Of a DNA stretch of 64,000 nucleotides, positions 1 to 9,068 are shown piece after piece. The notes beneath the pieces are model-generated. The model did not search any database, had not been told where the DNA came from, and was given only the letters and a program-made list of their open reading frames with translations. This DNA is from an uncultured Solirubrobacterales bacterium. GTDB taxonomy: Bacteria > Actinomycetota > Thermoleophilia > Solirubrobacterales > Solirubrobacteraceae. The DNA lies in assembly GCA_963752905.1 (NCBI GenBank), contig CAVWAC010000003.1, positions 324,572 through 388,571 of the forward strand. The letters run 5' to 3'. Within the stretch, counting starts at the first letter, position 1. Every line of letters starts with the position of its first letter. The position numbers were made by a program, and so were the translations under genes.

Positions 1-1
1 C

Positions 2-862
2 AACGACGGCGTCTCCGGCGAGGGCAACGCGATCATCGATCTCGTCGGCCTTCCGGCCTCCGGGTCGCCCGGCGAGCGGGCGGCGATCGCCGAGCGCATC
101 GGCACGCTCCGTCCCGAGGCGCCGGGGGTCAGCGCCGCAGAGTTCCTGGCCAAGCTGACCGCCGGCGGGGGCGTCGTCGAGGAGTGGATCGACGTGCCGG
201 AGCTCCACAGCCCGAGCGTCCAGCTGCAGATCACGCCGTTCGGCGAGGTCGAGCTGCTCTCGACGCACGACCAGATCCTCGGAGGTCCGAGCGGGCAGAG
301 CTACCTCGGGTGCCGCTTCCCGGCCGCGCCCACCTATGCCGCCGTGCTCACCGAGCCGGCGCGTCGCATCGGCGAGGAGCTGGCCCGGGCCGGCGTGGTC
401 GGCCGCCTGGCCATCGACTTCGTCGTCGCTCGCGGCGCCACTGGCGAGTGGCAGCCGTTCGCGATCGAGATCAACCTGCGCAAGGGCGGGACGACGCACC
501 CGTTCGAAACCCTCGCCGCGCTGACCGGAGGCCGCTACGACGCGGAACGCGCCGAGTTCATCACCCCGCATGGCGAGACCAAGCACTACGTGGCCACCGA
601 CCATCTCGAGGCGCCGGAGCTGTGCGGGCTCGGCCGCGACGGCGTGCTCGCCCTCGCCCGGCGGCGCGACCTGCGCTTCCACCCGCTGCGTCGCACCGGG
701 GTCGTCTTCCACATGCTGAGCTCGGTGGACGAACTCGGGCGCTGCGGCTTCACGGCCATCGCCAACAGCGCCGCGGAGGCCGACGCCCAGGCCACCCGCG
801 TCACCGCGATGGTCATGGCCCAGGCCACTCGGGCGACGCTCGGCGACGCGCTCGTCGCGTAG
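2..862 (+). CDS. ATP-grasp peptide ligase PGM1-related protein, C-terminal part (5'-truncated by window edge)
   Basis: Frame open from base 2: NDGVSGEGNAII...VVEEWI...SPSVQL...LLSTHDQILGG...YLGCRFPA...AIEINLRKGGTTHP...YVATDHL; matches my recollection of the PGM1-like ATP-grasp family. Confidence 0.75.
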   Translation, partial: NDGVSGEGNAIIDLVGLPASGSPGERAAIAERIGTLRPEAPGVSAAEFLAKLTAGGGVVEEWIDVPELHSPSVQLQITPFGEVELLSTHDQILGGPSGQSYLGCRFPAAPTYAAVLTEPARRIGEELARAGVVGRLAIDFVVARGATGEWQPFAIEINLRKGGTTHPFETLAALTGGRYDAERAEFITPHGETKHYVATDHLEAPELCGLGRDGVLALARRRDLRFHPLRRTGVVFHMLSSVDELGRCGFTAIANSAAEADAQATRVTAMVMAQATRATLGDALVA

Positions 863-899
863 ACGAGGAGCAGATCGCGTGCGCGTTCCCAGCGGCGAT

Positions 900-1832
900 C
901 TAGAAGACGATGACGACCCGCCCGCGCAGACCGCCGGCGTCCATGACCTCGTAGGCCTCGGCGGCTCGCTCGGGCGGGTACTCGCCGGCGACGCGCAGCG
1001 CGATGCGTCCGTCGGAGGCGAAGGCGCGGAGCTGCTCGAGCCAGTCGGTGCGCTCGAGCACGTCGCGGACCCGGACCGCGTGGACGGCGATGCCGCGCTC
1101 GGCCTCCCGGTCATCCCAGCCGCGCACCACGGCGATCCCGCCGCCATCCCGCACCGCCGGCAGCCCGTCGTGCCGCAGCAGCGCGGTGTCGTAGAGCCCG
1201 TCGACCCCGCCGGGCACGATCTCGCGCACCCCCGGGCTGAAGCCCTCGCCGCGGGGGACGACCTCGTCGGCGCCGAAGCTCGAGACGAGCGCGACGTCCT
1301 GCGGCCCGGCGTCGGCGATCACCCGCAACCCGCGGGCCTTGGCCAGCGGGATGACGTAGGACGCCAGGAGCCCGGCGCCGCCGCTCACCGCCAGCGACTC
1401 GCCGGAGCGCAGACCGAGCATGTCGAGGCCGAGCAACGCGGTGAGGCCGTTCATCGGCAGCGTGCTCGCCTGGGCGAGCGTCGCCCCGGTGGGGATCGCG
1501 ACGACCGAGGCCGCGGGGGCGACGATCAGCTCACACTGCGCGCCGCCCTCCTCGCGCCGCGGCGACACCGCCGTCATCACCTGCTCGCCGACGCTCAGGC
1601 GCTCGACGCCCTCACCCACCGACTCGATCGTCCCGGCGGCGTCCATCCCCGGCGTCCAGGGCGGCGGCAGCTCGTCGCCGCCGCCGAGCCGGCGCAGGCC
1701 GATATCGGTCGGGTTGACGGCCGCGGCGGCCACCGCGATGCGAACCTCGCCGGGCCCCGCGGCCCGGACCGGCCGGTCGATGACCTCAAGCACCTCGGGG
1801 CCACCGGGGGCCGTGATGCCGACAGCGCGCAT
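900..1832 (-). CDS. NADPH:quinone reductase / zinc-independent MDR family oxidoreductase
   Basis: MRAVGITAPGGPEVL, AAVNPTD, PWTPGMDAAG, GGAGLLA; GAGAGGA SD upstream of the ATG at 1832. Confidence 0.9.
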   Translation of the reverse strand: MRAVGITAPGGPEVLEVIDRPVRAAGPGEVRIAVAAAAVNPTDIGLRRLGGGDELPPPWTPGMDAAGTIESVGEGVERLSVGEQVMTAVSPRREEGGAQCELIVAPAASVVAIPTGATLAQASTLPMNGLTALLGLDMLGLRSGESLAVSGGAGLLASYVIPLAKARGLRVIADAGPQDVALVSSFGADEVVPRGEGFSPGVREIVPGGVDGLYDTALLRHDGLPAVRDGGGIAVVRGWDDREAERGIAVHAVRVRDVLERTDWLEQLRAFASDGRIALRVAGEYPPERAAEAYEVMDAGGLRGRVVIVF

Positions 1833-1834
1833 GA

Positions 1835-2830
1835 TCAGTCCTCTCGTCTCGCGTATTCGGTTTCCAGGTCGAGCTCGGTCCGCACCCCGAGGCCTCCGAG
1901 CGCGGCGTTGGCCTCCGCGAGGCTCGTCGCGCCGGCGACCGCCCGCGCGAGCCGGCCCGCGGCGCGATACGTCGCCCCGACCTCGAGGTAGAAGGTCACC
2001 GCCGAGACCGCCGACAGCTCGAGGGTGCGCTCCCCGCCGCGGATGGCCACCGGGCCGAAGCCGCCGCGGAATGAGCTGACGCCCATCGCGCTCGCCTCGG
2101 TGGGGACGACCGCGACCGCCGCCTCGACCCGCTCGGCCACCGCCTCGGTCAGCCCGCGGGCGCCGCACAGTCCGCCGGCGGCGGCCACGTGGCCGAGCCG
2201 CTCGAGCACCTCGCCGGGCGTGAGCTCGGCGTCGCAGCCGGCTCCGAACAGGCCGAGCAACACCGGCCGGCCGGCAAGGCGCAGGCGCTCGGCGACGGCG
2301 AGCATGACCGCGTCGCAGAGCGGGCTGCGAAGCCCCGGCTCGTCACCGTGGGCGAGCACGTCGCCGCCAACGTCGACGAACACGGTCAGGTCGCAGCCGA
2401 GCGCGTCGGCCGCCGCGGCGAGACCGGCGGCGATCACCGCCGGGCCGTCATGAATGTCGATCAGCACGGTCGGGGTGCCGAGGAACCCGGCCATCCGCGC
2501 CTCGGCAAAGAACACCTCGGTGCCGGCCACGTGCGTGCGCTCGCCGGCCAGCATCACCGCCGGCGCGAGCGTCTCGGCGTCGGCGATCTCGCTGGCCCGC
2601 CGCGGGCCAGGCTGGGGATCGATCGGACGCCGCTCCCAGGTGATGCCCCCGAGCACCGGATCGGCGCCGTCGTACCGGCGGGCGTGCTCGGCGGTGGCGA
2701 GCGCCCCGACGACGTCGCCCCCGCCGCCCATGCCGATGACCAGCGGTCGCCGCGCGCGGCGCAGGAGCGCCTCGGCGTCGAGGGGGCCGCTCGTCTCGGC
2801 GGTGTCGGATGTCTCGGCGGCGGTGGTGAT
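1835..2830 (-). CDS. DUF1152 family protein (start uncertain; probable ATC start)
   Basis: GMGGGGDVV, VDVGGDVLAHGDEPGLRSPLCDA, GAGCDAEL motifs; no ATG/GTG/TTG between 2902 and the conserved motif. Confidence 0.75.
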   Translation of the reverse strand: MTTAAETSDTAETSGPLDAEALLRRARRPLVIGMGGGGDVVGALATAEHARRYDGADPVLGGITWERRPIDPQPGPRRASEIADAETLAPAVMLAGERTHVAGTEVFFAEARMAGFLGTPTVLIDIHDGPAVIAAGLAAAADALGCDLTVFVDVGGDVLAHGDEPGLRSPLCDAVMLAVAERLRLAGRPVLLGLFGAGCDAELTPGEVLERLGHVAAAGGLCGARGLTEAVAERVEAAVAVVPTEASAMGVSSFRGGFGPVAIRGGERTLELSAVSAVTFYLEVGATYRAAGRLARAVAGATSLAEANAALGGLGVRTELDLETEYARRED

Positions 2831-2881
2831 GGCGGGACCTCGGGCCGCCCTGACTTTAGTGAGGCGGCATCGGAACCCGTC

Positions 2882-2900
2882 GAGTACGCAATCCGTACTC
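2882..2900. promoter_or_regulatory. Palindromic operator, probably for the adjacent TetR
   Basis: GAGTACG-CAATC-CGTACTC perfect 7-bp inverted repeat between divergent DUF1152 and tetR genes, next to a TACAGT -10 at 2907-2912. Confidence 0.6.
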
Positions 2901-3524
2901 ATGAGGTACAGTCCGCCCATCGTGGCCTCGCTGGTTGCCAGCCACCCGGACGTCGAGCCGCTGCTCAACGCGCGCCCCCAGCGGGCCAAGCTGCTCGACG
3001 CGATGGTTCGGGCCGTGGCCGACAAGGGCTACGAGGCGGCGACCGTCGCCGACGCCGTGCGCCTGGCGCGCGTGTCCCGCGGCACCTTCTACGAGCTGTT
3101 CGACTCCAAGGAGGCGTGCCTGGCCGCCGCCTACCGGGCCGGCGCCGAGGTGCTCGAACAGCGGGTGAGCGACGCGGTGCGCGGGGCAACGGATTGGTGC
3201 GAGGAGCTGCGCCTCGGCATCCGCGCCTACCTCGAGACGCTCGACGGCGATCCCGTGTTCGCGCGGGTCTACCTGCTCGAGTGGTTGTCGATCGGCAGCG
3301 AGCGGGAGGCCACCGTGCGCCGCTTCGCCCGTCGCTACGCAAAGAGCTTCGCCCGCTCCGGCGCCCCCGTGCCGCCGGAGGACGCCCTCTACGTGCTCGC
3401 CGCCGGCGTGCACGAGCTCGCGTGCACGCGCGTGCGGGCCGGGGCCCCGACGATCGACCTCGAAGATGTCCTGGTGGGCTGCGCAGTGCGGCTCGCCGGA
3501 AAGGAGCAGCAACCGTGGACCTGA
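2901..3524 (+). CDS. TetR/AcrR family transcriptional regulator (alternative GTG start at 2922)
   Basis: RAKLLDAMVRAVADKGYEAATVADAVRLARVSRGTFYELFDSKE helix-turn-helix. Confidence 0.9.
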   Translation: MRYSPPIVASLVASHPDVEPLLNARPQRAKLLDAMVRAVADKGYEAATVADAVRLARVSRGTFYELFDSKEACLAAAYRAGAEVLEQRVSDAVRGATDWCEELRLGIRAYLETLDGDPVFARVYLLEWLSIGSEREATVRRFARRYAKSFARSGAPVPPEDALYVLAAGVHELACTRVRAGAPTIDLEDVLVGCAVRLAGKEQQPWT

Positions 3525-4651
3525 CGTTCGACGAGCGCGAGATCGCGTTCCGCGAGGAGTTGCGGGGCTGGCTGGCCGACAACCCGGCCGGCGAGCCGCC
3601 GGAGACCGAGGATGCCCACTACCAGTGGCGCCGGGACTTCCAGCGCCGGCTGGCCGGCGGCGGCTGGGCCGCGGTCCACTGGCCGCGCGAGTACGGAGGC
3701 CGCGGCGTGACGCTCACCGAGTCGGCGATCTTCTTCGAGGAGATCGGACGGTTCGGGGCGCCGTTGCCCGCCAACGTCCTCGGGCTCCTGCTCGCCGGCC
3801 CGACGATCATGGCCTGGGGCACCCAGGAGCAGAAGGACCGCTACCTCGGCCCGATCGTCACCGGTGATGAGATCTGGTGCCAGGGCTTCTCCGAGCCCGA
3901 GGCCGGCTCGGACCTCGCCTCGCTGAAGACGCGCGCGGTCAAGGACGGCGACGACTGGGTGGTCACCGGTCAGAAGGTGTGGACCTCCGGCGCCCAGTAC
4001 TCGAAGTGGTGCATGCTCGTCGCCCGCACCGACTTCGACGCCCCGAAGCACAAGGGGCTCTCCTATTTCCTCATGGACATGGAGCAGGACGAGGTCCAGG
4101 TCCGCCCGCTGCGCCAGATCACCGGCGAGGCCGAGTTCAACGAGCTGTTCATCGAGGAGGCGCGGATCCCCGCCGCCAATCTGCTCGGCGGCGAGGGCAA
4201 CGGCTGGAAGGTCGCCCTGACGACGCTGATGAACGAGCGGGCCGGACTTGCCTTCTTCCTCCAGGTGCGCCTTCGCCAGCTCCTCGACGCCGTGCTCGCC
4301 GAGGCCGCCGGCCGCGGCCTGCTCGACGACCCCGTCGTCGCCGACAAGCTCGGCGAGCTTCACCTCAAGGCCGAGGTGCTGCGCCTCACCGCCTACCGCG
4401 GCCTGACCGCGATCGAGAAGTACGGCCAGCCCGGCCCGGAGGGCTCGCTCACCAAGTGGATGTGGTCGGAGACCAACCAGCAGCTCACCCAGTTCGCCGC
4501 CGACCTGCTCGGGCCCGAGGCGTTGCGCGCCGGGAGCAGCTGGGCCTACGAGCTGATGCGGGCTCGCGGCAACTCGATCGAGGGCGGCACCACCGAGGTG
4601 CTCAAGAACATCGTCGCCGAGCGTGTGCTCGGACTCCCCAAGGCACGCTAG
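3515..4651 (+). CDS. Acyl-CoA dehydrogenase (alpha-type subunit)
   Basis: WCQGFSEPEAGSDLASLKT, GQKVWTS, FNELF, NSIEGGTTEV; GTG start after GGAG SD. Confidence 0.93.
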   Translation: MDLTFDEREIAFREELRGWLADNPAGEPPETEDAHYQWRRDFQRRLAGGGWAAVHWPREYGGRGVTLTESAIFFEEIGRFGAPLPANVLGLLLAGPTIMAWGTQEQKDRYLGPIVTGDEIWCQGFSEPEAGSDLASLKTRAVKDGDDWVVTGQKVWTSGAQYSKWCMLVARTDFDAPKHKGLSYFLMDMEQDEVQVRPLRQITGEAEFNELFIEEARIPAANLLGGEGNGWKVALTTLMNERAGLAFFLQVRLRQLLDAVLAEAAGRGLLDDPVVADKLGELHLKAEVLRLTAYRGLTAIEKYGQPGPEGSLTKWMWSETNQQLTQFAADLLGPEALRAGSSWAYELMRARGNSIEGGTTEVLKNIVAERVLGLPKAR

Positions 4652-4666
4652 GCGCAGGAGGCAATC

Positions 4667-5653
4667 ATGGATTTCGATCTCACCGAGGACCAGAAGGAGA
4701 TCAAGCGGGTCGCCCACGAGCTGCTCGCCGCGCGCTCGCCGTGGCCGAAGGTTCGCGAGGCCGCCGAGTCGGCGAGCTACGACGAGGCGCTCTGGCGTGA
4801 GCTCATCGAACTCGGATGGCCGGGCATCGCCGTCGCCGAGAAGGACGGCGGCCAGGGGCTCGGCATGATCGAGCTCGCGGTGCTCGCCGAGGAGCTGGGC
4901 TATGCGTGCGCGGCGACGCCGTTCGTCTCCGCCGCCGCCGTCGCCGCCGTTGTCTCGGCCTGCGGCGAGGCGGGCGCCCGCGGCCGGCTGCCCGGACTGA
5001 TCAGCGGCGAGCTGACGGCCGGCTTCGGCACCCGGGAGCTCGCCGCCGACGGCGCCGGCTCCGATCTGTTCGTGCTGCTCGACGGCGATGACGCCGAGCT
5101 GATCGAGCGTCCCGACGCGCAGCCGTTCACGACGATCGACTCGACCCGCCGCTACGCCACCCTCGAGTCGGCGGCCAGCGGCGAGGCGCTCGGCGCGGGC
5201 GCCGCCGACCGGATCCGCGTGGTCATCGCCGCCGAGGTCCTCGGCCTCTGCCAGCGCGCGCTCGAGATGACCCTCGAGTACGTCAAGGACCGCAAGCAGT
5301 TCGGCGTGCCGGTCGGCTCGTTTCAGGCCGTCGCCCACCGCTGCGCGCAGATGCTCCTGCATACCGAGAGCGTGCGCTCGGCGACCTACTTCGCGGCCTG
5401 GGCGGCGGACGCCGACCCGGAGCGTCTGCCCGAGGCGGCGGCGCTTGCCGCCGCGGCCGCGGCCGACGCCGGGCGCGAGGTCACGTCAAGCGCGATCCAG
5501 GCCCACGGCGGCATCGGCTTCACCTGGGAGGCCGACGTCCACTGGCTCTACAAGCGCGCGCAGCTCGACACGGCTCTGCTCGGCGGCGCGGGCCGGCACC
5601 GCGCGGCCCTCGCCCGGTTGGCGGCGCAACGGACCGCGGCCGCCGCGTCCTGA
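4667..5653 (+). CDS. Acyl-CoA dehydrogenase (short partner subunit)
   Basis: MDFDLTEDQ, YVKDRKQFGVPVGSFQAVAHRCA, AIQAHGGIGFTWE; 328 aa with reduced middle domain. Confidence 0.9.
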   Translation: MDFDLTEDQKEIKRVAHELLAARSPWPKVREAAESASYDEALWRELIELGWPGIAVAEKDGGQGLGMIELAVLAEELGYACAATPFVSAAAVAAVVSACGEAGARGRLPGLISGELTAGFGTRELAADGAGSDLFVLLDGDDAELIERPDAQPFTTIDSTRRYATLESAASGEALGAGAADRIRVVIAAEVLGLCQRALEMTLEYVKDRKQFGVPVGSFQAVAHRCAQMLLHTESVRSATYFAAWAADADPERLPEAAALAAAAAADAGREVTSSAIQAHGGIGFTWEADVHWLYKRAQLDTALLGGAGRHRAALARLAAQRTAAAAS

Positions 5654-5757
5654 TTGGCGGCCGCCGCGTCCCGATTGGCGGCCGCCGCGTCCTGATCGCG
5701 GCCGCCGCGTCCTGATCGCGGCCGCCGCGTCCTGATCGCGGCCGCCGCGTCCTGATC
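5636..5757. repeat. Tandem repeat, 6 copies of a 20-21 nt unit
   Basis: GCGGCCGCCGCGTCC(T/C)GAT(TG/C): two 21-nt then four identical 20-nt units; the first unit contains the ACAD stop codon. Confidence 0.95.
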
Positions 5758-5859
5758 GCGGCGCCGCACCTTATGCGTCTTTAGATTCATCTTGCGCTTG
5801 ACTTCGGTGGGCCCGCGATTCTTAGCTCGTCTGTCCGTCCAAACCTGAGAGGACCGGGA

Positions 5860-6375
5860 ATGAGTAAAGGGACGTTTCTGAAACTGGCCGGTAGTGCGGC
5901 CGCGACCGCGGCGCTCGTCGCGGCTGTGCCCGCACTGGCCGCCAACCACAACGCGAGCTCGACGTCGAGTTCGTCCACAAGTTCGAGCGTGCGTCCGCAC
6001 GTGAGACACAACGGCTACGCCCCGGGCGCCAATGGCGAGAAGGCGCTCACCGGCGCGACCCTGTCGTCAGCCTCGAGCGCGGCTCTGGCCGCGGTCCCGG
6101 GCGGGAAGGTCACCCGGGCGAGCACCGAGACCGACGGCACGGTCTCCGGCGCGACCTACGAGGTCCACGTGACCAAGTCCAACGGCTCGCAGGCCGTGGT
6201 CATCGAGAACTCGAGCTTCAAGGTGCTGAGCGTCCAGTCGGGGGCCGGCCACTGCGCCGGCGGTCCCGGCGGCTCCGGCGCTCATGGGGCGGCCGACTAC
6301 GGCGTCCCGCAGGGCGGCCAGTTCCAGGGCGCGAACTTCCAGGGTGGCCCGCCGGCCGGCGGCCCCAACATCTAG
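5860..6375 (+). CDS. Secreted protein with PepSY-like domain
   Basis: Signal peptide (…AVPALA), Ser-rich linker, AALAAVPGGKVTRASTE…YEVHVTKSNGSQAVV, Gly-rich tail. Confidence 0.65.
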   Translation: MSKGTFLKLAGSAAATAALVAAVPALAANHNASSTSSSSTSSSVRPHVRHNGYAPGANGEKALTGATLSSASSAALAAVPGGKVTRASTETDGTVSGATYEVHVTKSNGSQAVVIENSSFKVLSVQSGAGHCAGGPGGSGAHGAADYGVPQGGQFQGANFQGGPPAGGPNI

Positions 6376-6435
6376 CCCCGGTTCGTACCGGCTCTCGCGC
6401 CGCTCTCGACCCCGAGGGCGGCGCGAGCTTGCCGA

Positions 6436-6945
6436 TCAGAGTGGCGAGAGGCGCATCACCGGGACCCGGCGGATGCCCTCGACGCGGTCCTCGTAGACCG
6501 TGTAGCCCGTGTACATCTGGGACGCGAAGGTGTAGAGCCGATCACGCTCTGCGCCCTCGGCCTCGGTTGCCTGGTAGCGCCCCTCCCGCCCGCGGCTGTA
6601 CAGGGTCACCTCGGGGTTGGCCTTGAGGTTGTAGTACCAGGCCGGGTACCGCGGTCGACCGAAGCTCGAGGCCATGAGGATGACGTCGTCGCCGTCGGTG
6701 AAGTAGAGCAGCGGCACGCGGCGCTCGACGCCGCTCTTCGCGCCCCGGACGGTGAGCAGGACGATGGGCACCATCCCGAAGCCCGAGTCGACGTGACCGC
6801 GGCTGAGCTTGATCAACCATGGATCGATCCGGCTGGCCACGTTCATGTACAGCCACGTTCCCGGCTTCGAGAGCACGACCGAAGTGATCCGGCGGTCGAA
6901 GGCAGTGTGGGGCCGAGTCGGGTCGATCGCGGGGACGTGGGCCAC
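6436..6945 (-). CDS. Deazaflavin (F420H2)-dependent nitroreductase family protein
   Basis: IVLLTVRGAKSGVERRVPL, ASSFGRPRYPAWYYNLKANP; GTG start 6 nt after TATGAT. Confidence 0.88.
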   Translation of the reverse strand: MAHVPAIDPTRPHTAFDRRITSVVLSKPGTWLYMNVASRIDPWLIKLSRGHVDSGFGMVPIVLLTVRGAKSGVERRVPLLYFTDGDDVILMASSFGRPRYPAWYYNLKANPEVTLYSRGREGRYQATEAEGAERDRLYTFASQMYTGYTVYEDRVEGIRRVPVMRLSPL

Positions 6946-7040
6946 GGCATGATCATATGGGCGCGCGCTTGCAGAGGACAGGAAGCTTTGCTCGGGCACC
7001 GAAAGCTGCAGGACTCGCACCACGCGTCAGGGAGTCCTCC

Positions 7041-7856
7041 ATGCACGAGACCGAGTCCTCCACCATCACATTCGAGTCGCCGGAGGCAGAGCATCGCCCC
7101 ACCGGCTCGCGTCTGTCGAATTTCGGCAACCGGCTGGCCCGCGGGCTCGATCGGGTCCGTCCCGAGCCGACGGCCTGGGAGCCCGAGGAAGAGTTCCAGT
7201 ATCCCGAGCCGGCCGATGACGGCCCGTCGCCCGAGCGGCACGCCGCGCGCTTCCCGATCGTCCGCCACGGCTACGATCCCGACCTCGTCGAGGAGTACCT
7301 CGCCGAGCTCGAGCGCGATCTTACGCGCACCCGGGCGACCACCGCCACCGAGGTCGATCACGAGATCGCGCGGATCGGCGAGCAGACCTCATCGATCCTC
7401 CGCGTCGCTCACGAGAAGGCGCAGGAGATGAACCGCGAGGCCCGGGCCGAGGCCGAAACCTGCATCGCCGACGCCGCCACCGAGGCCGCGGCGATCAAGC
7501 GTGAGGCCGAGCAGCGGCTCGCACAGCTCGACAGCGACACCGACGCGATCTGGCGCGAGCGCGAGCGGCTGCTCGAGGACGCCCGCAGCGTCGCGACCGC
7601 TCTGTTCACGCTGATCGACGAGGCTGCCGAGCGGTTCCCCGCCGAGACCGAGCGGACGAGCGACAGCGGGGTCGTCGCCGCGCCCGAGCCGACGAGCGAT
7701 GGCGGCGGCGTGGTCGCCGCGCCCGAGCCGACGAGCAAGTGGCAGGCGATCGCCGCCGAGGAGCCCCCGAGCGAGGCCATCCCTGGACCGGTGAGCGCGG
7801 CCGGCTCGGTGCCGCCTCCGCACAGCGCGGACGCCAAGCCCGCGGACACGCCGTAG
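7041..7856 (+). CDS. DivIVA domain-containing coiled-coil protein
   Basis: FPIVRHGYDPDLVEEYLAEL followed by a long coiled coil and a Pro/Ala-rich tail; GGAG SD. Confidence 0.75.
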   Translation: MHETESSTITFESPEAEHRPTGSRLSNFGNRLARGLDRVRPEPTAWEPEEEFQYPEPADDGPSPERHAARFPIVRHGYDPDLVEEYLAELERDLTRTRATTATEVDHEIARIGEQTSSILRVAHEKAQEMNREARAEAETCIADAATEAAAIKREAEQRLAQLDSDTDAIWRERERLLEDARSVATALFTLIDEAAERFPAETERTSDSGVVAAPEPTSDGGGVVAAPEPTSKWQAIAAEEPPSEAIPGPVSAAGSVPPPHSADAKPADTP

Positions 7857-7942
7857 CCGGCGTCGGTTGTTGGCGGCGCCCCGCCGGGCGATAGCCGGCG
7901 TCGGTTGTTGGCGGCGCCCCGCCGGGCGATAGCCGGCGTCGG
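7854..7942. repeat. Tandem repeat, 38 nt x 2.3, between convergent genes
   Basis: TAGCCGGCGTCGGTTGTTGGCGGCGCCCCGCCGGGCGA exact twice plus 13 nt; starts at the DivIVA stop codon. Confidence 0.95.
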
Positions 7943-7944
7943 GC

Positions 7945-8919
7945 CTAGCGACGCCCGTCGGGGCCGTAGCCCTGCTCGCGGAGCCAGCCGACCGTCTGCT
8001 CGAGCCCGTCGTCGAGTCCAACCCGCGGCTGCCAGCCGAGCATCGTCCGCGCCTTGGCGTTCGAATAGGTCCCGCTGCGCAGCAGGTAGCGGGCCGCACC
8101 GGGGTTGACCTCATTGTCGCCCGGTGCGAGCCGGGCGAGGCGCTGGACGACCGCGGCGAAGCCGATCGCCACCGGCGCCGGCAGGGTCACGAGGCGGCGT
8201 CCGAGCAGCTCGGCGTAGGGCGCGAAGAACTGCTTGTAGGGCACGCCGATCCCGTCGGACAGGGTGAAGATCTGACCGACGGCGTCCGGTGAGGCGGCGG
8301 CGAGCACGACGCCGTCGACGAGGTTGTCGATGTACACGGGCGAGTGGATCCCCCGCCCGCCGCCCGGCAGGATCAACCGGCGGGATCGGATCAGCTCGGC
8401 CGGGATGATCGCCCAGGCCCGCGACCGCGGCCCGTACACGTCGCCGGGGCGGACGATCGTGCAAGCCATCCGGCCCTCGGCCTGAGCCTGGAGCACGACC
8501 TGCTCGGAGGCGATCTTGCTGTCCGGATAGGGCACGTAGGTGTTGTGGACCGGGTAGCGCTCGTCGACGCCGTCGGGAAACTCGAGTCCGAACACGGTGA
8601 TCGAGGAGAAGTGCACGAAGCGCCCGGCCCCCGCTCGCTCGGCCGCCGCCAGCGCGTTGGCGGTGCCGAGCACGTTCGACCGCCAGGTCTTCTCGGGCCG
8701 CTCGAGCCGCAGCGAGACGTCGGCCGCGGTGTGGATGAAGAGCTCGCAGCCCTCGGCATGGGCCTGCCAGGCGCCCGGTCCCGAGACGTCGCCCTGCACG
8801 ATGTTCCGCGACTGATCGGGCACGAGGTCACACCCGCGGGGCTCGTGACCGTCGGCGAGATAGCGGTCGTACAGCGCCCGTCCGATGAAGCCCGCGGCGC
8901 CGGTGATGAACACGCGCAT
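7945..8919 (-). CDS. NAD-dependent epimerase/dehydratase (3-beta-HSD-like extended SDR)
   Basis: ITGAAGFIG, HTAA, YPDSK, IVRPGDVYGP. Confidence 0.9.
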   Translation of the reverse strand: MRVFITGAAGFIGRALYDRYLADGHEPRGCDLVPDQSRNIVQGDVSGPGAWQAHAEGCELFIHTAADVSLRLERPEKTWRSNVLGTANALAAAERAGAGRFVHFSSITVFGLEFPDGVDERYPVHNTYVPYPDSKIASEQVVLQAQAEGRMACTIVRPGDVYGPRSRAWAIIPAELIRSRRLILPGGGRGIHSPVYIDNLVDGVVLAAASPDAVGQIFTLSDGIGVPYKQFFAPYAELLGRRLVTLPAPVAIGFAAVVQRLARLAPGDNEVNPGAARYLLRSGTYSNAKARTMLGWQPRVGLDDGLEQTVGWLREQGYGPDGRR

Positions 8920-9068
8920 GGGGTCGGACTCTAGGCGGTTTTACCCCGCTGCACACACCCACCGTTGTGATCGCGTCGGGGCAGCGAGCGCGCTCCTGCG
9001 CGTGGTGATCAGCGGCGCCGCCACCGCGCAACCGCCGATGCCCGAGGAGCTCAAAGCGACGCGCTGAC

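Noticed and set aside
5636-5757. Possible CRISPR array
   Set aside because: The units are contiguous with no unique spacers, and there are no cas genes in the window
5770-5850. Possible two-component regulator direct repeats upstream of the PepSY-like gene
   Set aside because: The AT-rich TCTT(T)AG-like matches are too degenerate to support
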